This document shows, piece after piece, positions 13,208-27,075 of a DNA stretch of 64,000 nucleotides. The stretch is from Macrostomum hystrix (lineage: Eukaryota > Animalia > Platyhelminthes), in the NCBI GenBank assembly GCA_950097015.1, contig CATNEN010000038.1, forward strand, positions 8,742,001-8,806,000, read 5' to 3'. Numbering within the stretch: position 1 is the stretch's first letter; each line of letters begins with the position of its first letter. The translations under genes and the position numbers were made by a program. The notes under the pieces are model-generated. The model was not told the DNA's origin and did not search any database. It was given only the letters and a program-made list of their open reading frames with translations.

Positions 13208-14630
13208 TTCCTCGTTCAGTTCACCCAGCTGTTAAAAAGCTGATCCCGCGGCGCAAGCACGGAATTGGACATGCAGACAACCCCAAAGTCAAGCGCTGCG
13301 GGCAGTAACCGGATGCACCGCGCTCACTTCGGAATCTGATCTACACGCGGAAACAAGGCTGCTACGAGTTCATGACAATTGCCGCCTCCACTCGGCCCAC
13401 TTCGCCACGGCAGCCTGCCTTCCTGACCACCCATGCCACGAGCTGCTTCATCAACCTGCTCCCCGCCGTCCGATGAAGCTCACGGTCTTCACGCGCCGAC
13501 ACCAGGACGATCGCTGGGGCGTTGTCAGCGAGCATCCCCTCATCCTCGACGCCGACTACAACCGAGCTCGTACCAACAACCACACGTCGGCCGTAGCCTC
13601 GGCGCTAGCAGCCCTGTAACCGAACAGGGTGATCGGGGTCCAACGGTCGGTCATCACTGAGGAGAGGCAGCAACCTCGCCAGGTACGGGACCACCTGGCC
13701 CAGCTGCGCTCATGCTGGTGCCCGCTATTGCTGAAATTTCAACACGGAATCCGCCAGGCAGTTGCGGACGTCTGTCCAGTCTGAAATCGGGAAGGACATC
13801 GTGTCCTTATGCACACATCGTATTTACGCACACATGGTGTGCCGCCTCTCTTCGCATGCCCTGGCCGCCAAACCCATCTTCTGCCGACCAATCTCTGGGA
13901 TAAACCCAGAGAGGCCGCCACCCGTCTCGGGCTGCTTGACTGACTACCGTTCTAGTCACCTGGTGGACCCTGTTCGAGAACCTGGTGGCTACCACACGCA
14001 CTTAGAGACCCTCACCTCCAATTTTCTACCCAGCTCATGTTGGTTCAAATTTTAAACGTGGCGAAATGAAGCAATTGGTTTCTTGCTGAAAAACACTAAC
14101 TGCTTTCCCAGGGCCAGATGTCCGAAGCTCCACCATGAGGGCTAAAGGCTTCAGGTTGGACAAATGAACAATAAGAATATTTCGGAGTGGCACACTTCCT
14201 TGGAAAGCAGTGCGTCGTTCCACTTCTGTGAGCTTACCCGGAGCTTCTTGAGCAATCAACGGGGTCTAAGAGGTACAAGTTTGCAAATGGCTTTCTCATC
14301 TTCTAGAGGGGAACTCTAGGCAGCTCTGCTGTTGACAGTGTTGGGCCATTTCGGCTGCCTTGTGTGCACAAAGAGAAGTGCAGCTATTCCTCGCGTGTTT
14401 GCAGATTGGTTCCGAGCCAACCAGTTAGGGAGCGAGTGTGACCAATTGTAAAGGCTTGCAAGCCAAGTTATATCCGGAAAAATTAGGAAAAGGACTACTT
14501 TCTACGCTTAGAAATGTGTTGGCCTGTTTCATCGGTATATAAAATCTGTCTTTAACTGTTTTATCTATCAGCCGTTTCATGGCATGCAAGTTTGCAAAGT
14601 TTGTCTAGCTTTCAATCGCTATTTAAAGTC

Positions 14631-17054
14631 ATGGTAAGTTAAATATTATTAATTCAACAAAGAAAGTTTTGTCTCATACGAGGTAGCCAGTTAGAGCCAG
14701 TCAAGCTTGATTGTTAATCTTAAATTACGAGTATAATTCAAGCGCTGCGGAAGTTCGTAAGTACGAAAGTTGTGATCTCTTGAGTCGTTTTGACGAAAAA
14801 CTAAAAGCTTCCATTAATTCAGTGTTGGGCGCTATACTTGAAAAAGTATCACTTTAAAGCGATATTCCGATGCCGATACTAAAAAACGGTATCGACGAGA
14901 TTTTGGACCGATACCGAAATTTGAGTATCGCCCGTTACTTTAATCAGATACTTGTCCGATACATAGCTTTTTCTTGTTTTCTGCATCTGTGAAGCCTTAA
15001 ATTGAAGAAAGGTTTCTAGTAACTTAATTTTTAGACACTAAAGACTTTAGTGAGACGTGGCTGATCAGAGAATAAGATTAAATGGGCGAGATATTGTTAT
15101 AAATTGTAATTATATTTATTATAAGCACAGAACAGTTATAAGTTGTCAGTACAACTACTCACAAATCAAATTTAAAGTAAACAATATTCTAATAGAACTT
15201 GAAATTAGATAAATAAAAATAGAAAATAACTTAATGTAGTCGTTTTAGATTTTGTTGTTAACTAGCTCGTAGTTAGTCATAGTCGTGGACTCGTCTTCTG
15301 TCGTCACTGCTCATCAATAATGACAATAATTATTAAGAATCAGAACAGTATCTTAAATATAATATTTCATTGATGGAAATCGAAATTAAAAAAGCTCGTA
15401 ATTAACGTATTTTTGTATTTTTGTTACTTTAGCCAAAAAAGCAAAAAAGTATTTGTACTAGATTAAATAGCTCGTATATCGGATTATCGGACTTAAAAAC
15501 TGTATCGCGTGATACTGTGGTCCGATACTGAAAAAAAGTATCGAGGTCCGATACTGCGATACTCAAATGGTATCGGCGATACCAACTGAGTATCGGGCCT
15601 GTGCCCAACACTGCATTTATCATAAAAGTTGCAATAGGCTATAGTAGTTGCCGCGAGTCTGTGGAAATCGGAACGTTGTTCGGGAATTTGTTTCTACTTT
15701 CATCGTTAAACTGAATATATGCAAAACTACATCTTGCATGTTTGCAATGTTTAAACTTTTTGCCTCGAAAATCCACCCATTTTGTGTGACTTAATGGCAA
15801 ATAATCCATAATTCGGTCAATGTACTCGATCACACAAAGTGAATGAATGCTTTGCACCATCATTAAGCTAATTGATTATAATTGCTTAGCAAATACCGAA
15901 AAGCTAAAACGCTAAATTTAATGTAAAGGCGAAACATTTCTTGAATAAAAGAAAAAAAGCAGCTATAACCTTACTCATTTTAATTCTAGAGCAACTCATC
16001 GCTACAAACTATTATTTCTGAATCAACCGGATATGACGCATTCTACCGCCTGGTGTTCTCATGGTTGTTCCCGCTGCTAATGGCCTTTGGAACGTGCGGA
16101 AATTTATCGTGTCTGCTAGTACTGCTGCTCAGACCTAAATGCTTTCCTTTCTCAGTCAGGTTGAACATGCTGACTAGCTGCTTCGTAGACTGCCTGCTAG
16201 TCGGAGTGAAGTCTGTCACGCACTATCTGTCTCCAGATGTGATGGGGACTATTCTCAGCGTCTATGACTATCGCATTAACTCTGGCCACGCCGTGTGCAT
16301 CGTCTATTACGCTGTCACGTTTTGGCTTCTTCACGGCAGTCCGTTCATTCGTCTGGGCTTGTGCTTCCAGTCCCTGGCCGTGACACTGTTCCCGCTTAAG
16401 CAGGCCAGCCTACTAAACAAGAGGAACGTCACAATTTATCAGCTCAGCCTGCTGCTGCTCAGCTTTGTTCCCTGCATCCGGGTGATCAGCACGTTTCTTT
16501 CAAAGAAATCTGGCGCCTGCCTGTTTCGCAACGACTGGATCGAAGTCTTCTACCGGATTTACACAGTATTTGTTAGCCGAGTTGTTGTAGTCTGCTGTCT
16601 CTTGATAACGCTTCTCGTCATCTTGTTCAGCGTTAGGCGAACCCGAAAGAAGTTGAGTGGCTCTGTATTATCGGCTGGTGGCACCAACTGCAGTCCTCAA
16701 ACTCAGACTGTGACCAGCATCTTTGTCTCCACCAGCATGATCTTCTTTGTTTGCGAGATGCCTTACAGTTTGCTGAGAGCACTGATCAACCTGAACCTGG
16801 TACAGGACAGCGTTGATATGGACCGGATTGTGCTAATGCTTAACAACCTGATGTACTTGAATCCGGCGCTTAACTGGCTGCCATGCCTCATCGGTAGGAA
16901 GTTCCGTCAGCAGTATATTAGCATGTACTGCTGCGCTTCCCGATGCCAATGCGGAGGCAACGTCAGCGGACGGACATTCAACGATATATCGATGACGAGT
17001 CGACCTGTTCATCCGAGAGTGTCCAACCAGTCAGCTGCAGACCGTGTACCATAG
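14631..17054 (+). CDS. GPCR copy C (ATG exon 14631-14633 + exon 15990-17054)
   Basis: Same motifs as copy A; ATG|gtaagt ... ttctag|AGC AAC TCA gives MSNSS. Confidence 0.88.
14820..15613. mobile_element. hAT-type MITE in the GPCR C intron
   Basis: TIR cagtgttgggc ... gcccaacactg; imperfect 8-bp TSD cattaatt/catttatc; many subterminal GATAC/GTATC motifs. Confidence 0.8.
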
Positions 17055-17159
17055 TGTCGTAGCAGCTCGACCTCATTGATTTTTTACATACACAAAAGCT
17101 GGGTTGAAAATTTCATAATAACGAATAATATTGGATTACAACTGCCAGGTCAGATCAGG

Positions 17160-17370
17160 TCAGATCTGAAGGCTGTGTACGGCTGTTCAGTCTATGGACT
17201 ACGGAGACGCCATACACACGCTCAATTACCCGAGATGCTGCTGGTACCTGTTTAACAGCTGGGTGAACTGAAGCAATGTAGAGTTAAGCTTTTTGCTAAA
17301 TGACACAAAATCTTTTAGTGGTTTCGAGGATCGAACCCTGGACCTTCGATTCGGGAGTCCGATGGTTCTA
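17160..17370 (-). mobile_element. SINE family 1 copy
   Basis: Reverse complement of the 12508 element (cagctgggtgaactgaagcaatg, tcgaaccc). Confidence 0.8.
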
Positions 17371-17692
17371 CTCGTACTCGTACATGTAGACTAAGACCAC
17401 TTTACAAATATTTCAGTTACTTCGAGCGCATTAGAACTACGGGCGAACTAGACTACTAGATTATGATAATAAATGTATTATTATTAATACTTTTATTATT
17501 ATTATTTATCACACAAAACTTCGCCACTTCTCTCGATTCGACGTGTAGTTTTACATGAAAAAAGCTAACTAGACTCACGACAAAAAGGCGATTAGAGCAT
17601 TTATAAATAGGTTTATGCTTGAAAATTCAGCTTTGATGTTTCTAGCCAGGACTTCTGCTTACAGTTCTCATAGATAGAAGATCATCGCGAAA

Positions 17693-18290
17693 TTGGTGGC
17701 AGATACAGAATACAGCAATGTTGGCCTTGGGGAAAAAATGAATAGTGAAGTAATGCGGAATTGTCAACAGACTAGAAAAACAAAGTCCATCAAAACGCAC
17801 AGGGAGAACTTTGAGTCAGAGTTCCGAAGGCACTGGACTCAGAGGATGGGAAAATCAGCCAAGCTCAGCCACTTCTATTACACGTTTAAGAAAGTTTTCT
17901 CCAGAGAAAAGTACCTAACAATAATCTCTAACCCAGAACAAAGGCGCACAATGTCCCGATTTCGTCTAGGAAACCACAAACTGGCCTGTGAGACATTTCG
18001 CACTGTAAGACCGAAAACCGACTATGAAAACAGAACATGTCCAAAATTTAGAGTCGAGGTAGAGAACGAAATTCGATCATATTCTCTTTAGATACGATTG
18101 GTCCGTTTATGTTCCAATTGGAAATAAATTCATAGAGAAAGTGGGAGGCACTGTTCGAAATTTCGAAAGCCTAACAGCTGATGACAAAATTCTGTATTTA
18201 ATGACACAGGAAAGCACAGAATCAACAGAAAGTTTTGTGGAATTCATACGAGCGTAGAAAGCATACTTAAAGCTAGATAAAAAAGCCACT
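17693..18290 (+). mobile_element. Non-LTR retrotransposon ORF2 3' fragment (CR1/L2-group-like), degenerate
   Basis: KL..YY.FK..F..EKYL, SRFRLGNHKLACE, RTCP...VENE are typical post-RT C-terminal motifs. Confidence 0.75.
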
Positions 18291-19633
18291 GCCCTGAGGC
18301 CCATAGTTAGAATGCTTGATTATAGTTTGAGTTTTTTTTCTTATTTGATCGTAACTCGCAAAAACACAATAGCTATTCTCCTTTCGGGAGCGAAGTGATT
18401 TCAGTCAAAGTTTTAATTTTCTCTTCAAATTTCAATATTTAATTTTTTTGTTTTAAGGGCTTTGTTTACAAATTTAAAATATTTTCACCTAATAATTCAC
18501 CTAAAATTAATCTTATGAATGTCTATCGATCAGCCTTGTTACCAACATTAAGTAAAACAAAACAAGCAGCACCCAATCGCAGTGCACATTTCATTATTAA
18601 AATAAAAAATAAAAATAGATACGTAAATAGGAAGCTGGGATGCCCGCCTAATAAAAAAGCAAGCAAAATATAATAAATTATTGACTGGCAAATAATGATT
18701 CATTTCGTTATTAGGATATAGTTCCCTGCGAGTACAGGTTTGAAGTAAGCGCTAGCTAATCATGTGTACTTTATATTTGCATATATTTGCGCAGATGCCA
18801 GAATTATGCAGGGATTATTAATTTTCATTTACTAGAATCTATTTTCAATATGAATAGTGTCTGGATCTAAAGTTTTCCACATGAGCAACTTCTCTTTTAT
18901 TGAATTTAAGCGAAATAACATTTTTCACTGCACTTGCAGGTTCTTGTTGTCTGCCACGGAAATCGATATTGAGCTGTGATTATGAAGACTCTAAATACTC
19001 GTAGATTTAAATCAATATTTTAAATCAATATTGCAGCTTGTTCAACGATCCAAGATCGAAGCACCTGACCTGCACTTGCTCGCCGGAAAATGAGAATCGA
19101 TTAGGCTAGGTAAGGCAACAATACACATAGTCGGTTCTTCTCTGTTCAAAACATGCGACTTCTTTTCTGATGATTGCAAGGCCGCTTGAATATTGTTGGG
19201 GGTTTATAGCAAGAACAATAATTTTCTTTCAGTAGCAAAACTTTCAGTAGTTTAAGAAGTTTTAGGGACTGAATTCTAGTCGTTGATTATAGATTCAGTT
19301 ATCAGGGCCCTTCTTTTGAAAGAAAAATTGAGTATTTCAGTGCAATATAAATGGATCAGGGCAAATTATTATATTATTTCATTTTTTTATTTAACGCGTC
19401 CCCAAGTAATAATTTCTATCAGGCAAACCAAAACTCGACCGCAGGTCGATTTGCAGCAGCATAATTTGTACTTACTATACGCTTACAAAAACAATGAGTT
19501 CAATAGATAATAAATAATGAATACGAGCTAATAAATTAATGGTCATAAAAAGACGTATTGGCATCATTGCCATCAACACACGATTGCACATAAAATCTGA
19601 AAATCACAAAGTTGTAAACAAAAAACGTGTCAC

Positions 19634-20701
19634 TTAGGGGCAGTGTGAACGAGTCTTAGGTTTCTGTACTAGTTCGCACATGCCGCAACAGTACAGTTCA
19701 GTGTACTGTTTACGAAACTTCCTGCCAATCAGATAGGGCAACCAGTTCAGAGCCGGGTTCAGATACATCACACCATTTAGCAGGATCAGCAGTTCATCGA
19801 ATATGTCGCTGTCGGAAAGCAAGTCAAGACTGATCAGGGCCCTCAGCACACTGTACGGCATCTCACACAGAAAGAATATCATGCTGGTCGATATGAAGAT
19901 GCTGGTAATCGTTCCTGACTGAGAACGATTGTGAGAACTGGAGGCAGACGTCGCCGAACTCCCCAGCTCTTTCCGACTGCGTCTCACGCTAAACAGTATG
20001 ATCGCTAGAGTAGCGAGTAGGCAACTGACCACAACGATTCGGCACACGAATACGGTGAAAATCCGGTAGAAAACCTCAATCATGTCAGTGCGAAATAGAC
20101 ATGTTTTCGAGTTAGAGGACCAGAATGAGCTGATTACACGAACACACGGCACAAAGCTGAGGAGAAGCAGACCCAACTGATAAAGCGTCACATTTCGCCT
20201 GCTTAGCAGACTGGCATGTCTGAGAGGAGCCAGGGTCACTGCCAGCGAGTGGAAGCACAGACCCAGTCGGATGAAGGGACTGCCGTGTAGCAGCCACAGA
20301 GTCAGCAGATAGTAGATCACGCACACGGCGAAACCCGAAGTTCTCCTGTAGTCATCGACGTTAAGGATGGCTCCCATGACATCCGTTGCCAGGTAGTGCG
20401 TTATCGACTTCACACCAACCAACAGAAAGTCCACGACACAGCAAATGAGCATGCTAAGCCTCACAGAGAACGGGAAACACTTGGGCCTTCTGAGCAGGAC
20501 AATCAGGCACGATAGATTTCCCCAGGTGCCGAACGCCATCAGCAGCGGGAAGAGCCAGGAAAACACAACTCGGTAGAATGTAATGTATCCGCTAAAAGCA
20601 GCTGATGAAATTGAGCCATTCTAAAATAGTGAATTGCTGAATTCAGCTGCGCATTGTAAAGTATTAGTCTCATTCCATATTTAATATTATTTACTTACCA
20701 T
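19634..20701 (-). CDS. GPCR copy B (ATG exon 20701-20699 + exon 20620-19634)
   Basis: ccaccATG|gtaagt ... ttttag|AAT GGC TCA gives MNGS; 7TM motifs. Confidence 0.9.
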
Positions 20702-22073
20702 GGTGGCCAAATTTTCGATCGAGAAAATGTGTCTCGATGCAGTAGGTAGGGAAACGCTTTGCTTTCCTGGCTATTGCTTGTCAGACTTTTATACCTGTCC
20801 TCCCTCAGTCCACTCCCATAAATAATGTTCCAATAGAAAACCGTTCGCATTGTTCGCTTTGAGTCATCGAAGCACATCGCGGTGCTGATTAAGCTGATTG
20901 CTGATTGGTAAATATTTCTTAAGGACTTTAGTTGCGTGCTGGCTGAGTGGGCGAGGCTATAAGAATGCAGGTGAAAATATTGCTTTTAACGTCGATCGAT
21001 TGGTCCTTTCGAATTTTGTTCTTTCGAAGAACACGCAATTAAAAGATGGCTCGTATTTATCCATCTCTGCCAGTTTGATTGTTTTTTTAAAAAAGGACAC
21101 GCCCATTTCTCGAGCTGCTTTTTGTCACGAGAAAATCATTGTTATGACTAGGTAGAAAAATTATTTTGATATTTTACTCATTTAATCTCCTACACAAGGC
21201 TTGCTGCTTTAGGATCTTTTCACAAAGACTTTAGACCCGTATATGCCGCTGCAGGAACAGAGAGCCAAACGAGTCAGCCCTGATGACAGTGTCAGTCGCT
21301 TTGACGCAACAAACGACTGTACAATGCAGTCCCCATATCTCCAAACGCGATCTTGTTCCCACTGTGAGTAGCAGGATTTCCTGAACTGGTTGTGATCAGT
21401 ACCTCCCAGCATGCATCATCAGTTGAAGAGGCCCGAGCTTCTGGACGCCGACTGAAGTCCGTCAGAGCTAAGTTTTTAATTACTGAGCAATATCCGACAG
21501 CAGCCAGCAAATAAACGTAGCTTTTCTTTGGGAAGAATTTATTTGGAAAGAAACTGCAATGTCTACTGCTTCGCCAAGCTTTGATTAGAAAAGAAAAAGT
21601 TGGCATGGCCCGATCTAGTGCCGGGAAAACATCAATATTCGTGTCATACACGAAAAAAATCATTAACTCATTTTCTTTAATAAGCAGGAAAGAAAATCCA
21701 TCCATGACTAAAGAAATATTGTCTGTCAGTCTTCAAAGTCAAATCAATTCATTCATCACGCAACATGTAGAGGTCCATAGGCAAAATGGATCGTTGTGGA
21801 AACTCCCGAATCACCACATTGTGCCACTTCAGAAAAAAGATCAAAGTCGAATCAAAACTTTCTCTTTGATGTTTGAGCAGCAGTGCTCAATCTTCAATCG
21901 AAATTCGCATTTTCGATTCTCTTTTAGACAGGTTTATCGAAGCAGGAACCAAGGAGGATAAGTATAAATTACTTAAGGTCTGGCTGCCAACCGAAGAAAA
22001 AAAGTCATGCAATAAAGTCGGCTGACTTCGACGTTGTTTGAATATCCTTCCTGAACCTGACAGCTTCGGTACA

Positions 22074-23232
22074 ATGGTAAGTGAAGACAATAAATCGCTT
22101 GAATAAGTGTTGACCATCGACAGTTCCAATTCCGGAATGACTCCTAGACGAAATTTACCTATTCTTTCAGAACATTACAAAACCAACAGCCGCCACAGAA
22201 ATAAGCGGATACATTACATTCTACCGAGTTGTGTTTTCCTGGCTCTTCCCGCTGCTGATGGCGTTCGGCACCTGGGGAAATCTATCGTGCCTGATTGTCC
22301 TGCTCAGAAGGCCCAAGTGTTTCCCGTTCTCTGTGAGGCTTAGCATGCTCATTTGCTGTGTCGTGGACTTTCTGTTGGTTGGTGTGAAGTCGATAACGCA
22401 CTACCTGGCAACGGATGTCATGGGAGCCATCCTTAACGTCGATGACTACAGGAGAACTTCGGGTTTCGCCGTGTGCGTGATCTACTATCTGCTGACTCTA
22501 TGGCTGCTACACGGCAGTCCCTTCATCCGACTGGGTCTGTGCTTCCACTCACTGGCAGTCACCCTGGCTCCTCTCAGACATGCCAGTCTGCTAAGCAGGC
22601 GAAATGTGACGCTTTATCAGTTGGGTCTGCTTCTCCTCAGCTTTGTGCCGTGTGTTCGTGTAATCAGCTCATTCTGGTCCTCTAACTCGAAAACATGTCT
22701 ATTTCGCACTGACATGATTGAGGTTTTCTACCGGATTTTCACCGTATTCGTGTGCCGAATCGTTGTGGTCAGTTGTCTACTTGCTACTCTAGCGATCATA
22801 CTGTTTAGCGTGAGACGCAGTCGGAAAGAGCTGGGGAGTTCGGCGACGTCTGCCTCCAGTTCTCGCAGCGGTCCTCAGACTAAGACCGTCACCAGCATCT
22901 TCATATCGACCAGCATGATATTCTTTGTGTGTGAGATGCCGTACAGTGTGCTGAGGGCCCTGATCAATTTAGATTTGATCCCGGAGAGTGAATCGCTAGA
23001 CGAGCTCGTGGTCCTGCTAAATGGTGTGATGTATCTGAACCCGGCTCTGAACTGGTTGGCCTATCTGATTGGCAGGAAGTTTCGTCAACAGTACACTGAA
23101 CTGTACTGTTGCGGCATGTGCGAACTGGACTCTGCGCTGCTAAGCACTTCGAGGATTACTGAATTGTCTATGTCATCTGTCTCAAAAAAGTCAAGGGTTT
23201 CCAGAGTTGCTTCGACTAGCTTTGCAAGGTGA
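22074..23232 (+). CDS. GPCR copy B' (ATG exon 22074-22076 + exon 22171-23232)
   Basis: ATG|gtaagt ... tttcag|AAC ATT ACA gives MNIT; 7TM motifs. Confidence 0.9.
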
Positions 23233-26109
23233 AGGCTCAGTCATCCAGAGCTGACGATTCGTGAATTTACTTGCAGTTCGTGCAGAAAAACATTTGCCAG
23301 CAATGTGCACCTACTCACGCACAAATTCATTGATACAAATTTACAGTTGCAGTGAACATTTAGAAGCTGCAGACAGATACACAGCACACCTTGTTCACAG
23401 AGCGTCACCGAGGTCGCAATTTATGGCGATGTCAGCAATGACACAATGACACTGACTTGAATAGTTGCGCTGCGTGCAGTCGATGCAGCACCAAGTGGCG
23501 GCTCTTCCGCACGAGTTTTGACTGCGCTTTACCTACACGATGCACAGAACAAGCTGCCCAATCTGATTGTGGATAAATCACTGCACAAAAAGTTATATTT
23601 GCGCTTGTCTATATCTTAGAACATAAGAACGCGATTTCCATTGCGTTTCACCGAATAGGAACAGAAAAACAAAACTGTGAAACTTCTCACATAGAAGCTT
23701 ACAACTCAATTCTAATCTGAGCAGGCAGGAAGTTCCCAAAAGAAAGCCATTGTGTAACACGAGGGTGCGTCTCAAGTTTATATGTCTTTACCTTAATGAA
23801 TCTGTAAGCTTGACTTTAGACTGCTGGAAAGTACCAAAACGCCTAGCGCACAGCTGACGGACGACGGTCGACCAATTAAGAATTTAGACGGCTTGGGGGC
23901 TTGCCGTTAAATTCGCGCCTATCACTGCCCGACGATACAATATAAATCCTGATTCACACTTCTGCATGAGTTCGTGCTCATGGTCCGTGAAATTTTCAGA
24001 ATAGCCTCCTGGATAGCTATGGGTCGAGTTTTGCAGAATCTTATCCTACAGTGCTCAAAGCACCCTAACAAAAAAGAAATGGCGATGCACTTCAGTCTAC
24101 TGCCTAGACGAGCTCATGAAGAGTAGGCGGCAGCATTGGGTTCAAGTGCGCGTTAGATTAGACGGATGGCCACATTTAGGAATGTTTTCTTGGTTGTTAA
24201 CTTTTAACTGGCAGAATGCCAGCAGGCACAGGTAAAACAATGGTCATGAAAGAAGACCAGAAATCAGAAGATTCTAAAGTTAACAGATAATTAACTAGCT
24301 CGTGCTTCCTAAGGTTGCTATTGGCAACTTAAAGACAAATTTTAATTATCTTGAATTACTATTTTGTGACCCTTCCCAAACAGTCGATGCCAAGGTTTTT
24401 CAGGGTCCCCGTTACTCCCAAACTTGTTAGATATGTTGCCGCTGCAACGAGAAATAAAAAAAGAATTTTCTCGAAAGCAAACTCAAAGGCGGATCATGCA
24501 TAATTTAAGTTTAGTTTGTCTGGAAATTGACTCCTTTGTAAATTTGGTCTCAATAATGAGCAAACAATAAGAATTGTGTGCATTTCGCTGCTTGTTCGAT
24601 TCTTTATAGAGTATTCACGCTTCAAAGCTTGGAAAATAGTTTTGAGATCTCTCGGATGCAGCTACAGCTGCATTCTTTATCCTACAGGTTAATTGGAGCT
24701 CACACTGACAAAATAAAATTTGCCAGTCCGCATGGTACGTGACGATTCCATCACAAGCGATTAAATAAACTGATAATTAAAAAGCTAGCTAGCAGTGGCA
24801 TCTTAGATATCTGTAACTGGCCTCCTGGTTAAAACATCTAAAATTAATCGCCTGAATTGTTTTAGCTGATGCAATATACCAAAAATCACTGAATATTATA
24901 CTGTAATTAAAATCGTGCGCAAAGTTGTTTTAATCCGCGAAATATCACAATTTATAAAGTGTAATATTCTTAGGTACTCATTTTACATGTACGAATTTTT
25001 ATATGTATGCCATTTTTTTTATTGCAACGTGTTACCTTTTGTATTTATAATTGATTGCTTTTTAATTGTTATAAATTTGTTTTAACGATGATATTAAATA
25101 TATAATAAAATAAATATAGTCAATCAATAAGAGTTCGCGCTGATTCGACAGTTTGCACCAAGGTTCCAATATCAGAAGATTTGAACGCGGCCTTCGAAAT
25201 GCTCTTTTATTACAGTTTAAATTCAAATTCGTGCCAATATAATTTAATATTTCGAGCTACTATGTTTGTTTTAATCCACAAAATATTAATTAGTATTCAC
25301 TATATGTCATAAACTTGAATCAGCAAACCACTATATATAGACGAGAATTCCGAAGGAGAAACCAAACCCCTTGTCTGACCCTGTCAGTCTTGTCTCACCT
25401 TATAATCTTGTGAGAGTGAGAACTGCTAAGATCATGCAGGGACTAAGCAAGGATAAACGCTACCGCAGTATTAACCACAAACTTAGAAGTTGGCTGACTC
25501 GCTACAGCGTGAGAGAAGCAATCAACTTAGGGAGAATGAATCCTGTATTTGAGATAAAATACTTTACTGAGAAGCAAGGAGAAGATCCACGACAACTTTA
25601 GTGGCACTGTTGGGATATTAGAAAACACTAGAACATATCAATAAATTACAAAGTTTCCATACTGTGGCTTCTGTTGTTTTAGCTGTGCAAGGTTTCGACT
25701 TAGTATAGAAATATGATAAAAACATTGCTGCAAGATGATCTTCCAAGAAAGGGAACGAAAAACATAAAAGCATGTACAATGCTTGAGTTTAAACCGGTTT
25801 GTTGCCTCAGTCTCGAGTTTCAGTTCAAAACTACACGAAAACAGGCTCGCGACAGATAGAGGGGCTGAGATACATCGTTATAGTAGTAAGAATTTTGTTT
25901 GCACTTTGTCAATACTAGAGTACTCGACGGATTCGTTTTCAGCTCAGAACCATGTCTGAAATGTCTTCAATAAATTTTCTCTAAATGGGACCTCTTTCAA
26001 ATTGTGTTTGAAAAAGAAAAACTATTTAATTCTCTAATTTTGCTACGCACTGTTGGTTTATCTCCGGCAGTATCACATTCAGTCAGTCAGAAAATTATTG
26101 CATCACCGT

Positions 26110-26798
26110 CAGTGGCGTAGCCAGGATTTTTTTCTAGTGGGCCGCGCCTCTGAAGGGCGCCACTACTAGAGGGGGAGGCGCCACTACCACGGGGGCGCCA
26201 CTACTAGGGGGGGTACCACTACCAAGGGGGCGCCACTACTAGGGGGGGAGGCGCCACTACCATGGGGGCGCCACTACTAGGGGGGGCACCACTACCAAGG
26301 GGGCGCCACTACTAGAGGGGGGAGGCGCCACTACCACGGGGGCGCCACTACTAGGGGGGGCACCACTACCAAGGGGGCCCCACTACTAGAGGGGGGAGGC
26401 GCCACTACCACGGGGGCGCCACTACTAGGGGGGGCACCACTACCAAGGGGGCGCCACTACTAGAGGGGGGAGGCGCTACTACTAGGCGGGCGCAACTACC
26501 ACGGGCGCCACTACCAGGAGCGCCACTACCATGGGGGCGCCACTACTAGAGGGGGGAGGCGCCACTACCATGGGGGCGCCACTACTAGGGGGGGCACCAC
26601 TACCAAGGGGGCGCCACTACTAGAGGGGGAGGCGCCACTACTAGGCGGGCGCCACTACCAGGAGCGCCACCACCAGGGGCGCCACTACCAAGGGGGCGCC
26701 ACTACCAGGGGCCCCACTATCAGGGGTGCCACATAGTTTCGTCAGCCGATTAAGGTGGGGCCGTGGCTCCCCATGCTTCCCCTATGGCTATGCCCCTG
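26110..26798. mobile_element. hAT-type MITE carrying an internal G-rich minisatellite (GGGGGCGCCACTACYA)n
   Basis: cagtggcgtagcca ... tggctatgcccctg; 8-bp TSD atcaccgt/atcactgt; array at ~26155-26730. Confidence 0.85.
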
Positions 26799-27075
26799 AT
26801 CACTGTTATTTTAGTGTTCGATACAAATGTGTGTGGCCACACGAAAACTGCCTTGTTGAATATAAACAAACATATTGACGAAATAAATCCGAACCAAATC
26901 TACTACTGATTGTCTGAAACATTTGCTCAACACAGCAGCTCAAGTCTGTTGGTCTAGGCCAATCGGATGCGAAGCCTGAAGATGAATAAATTTGCAGCCA
27001 ACATAGGATGGTCTTGAACTCTACTTTTAAGTAACTTCAAGCGCAACATCAGTCAGCAAAAAGAAACTTCGGAAA

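Noticed and set aside
13250-14060. GC-rich stretch with several short ORFs
   Set aside because: No recognisable motif; probably a decayed mobile element but unsupported
25371-25601. Possible retroelement endonuclease remnant (SVREAINL)
   Set aside because: Similarity too weak to support
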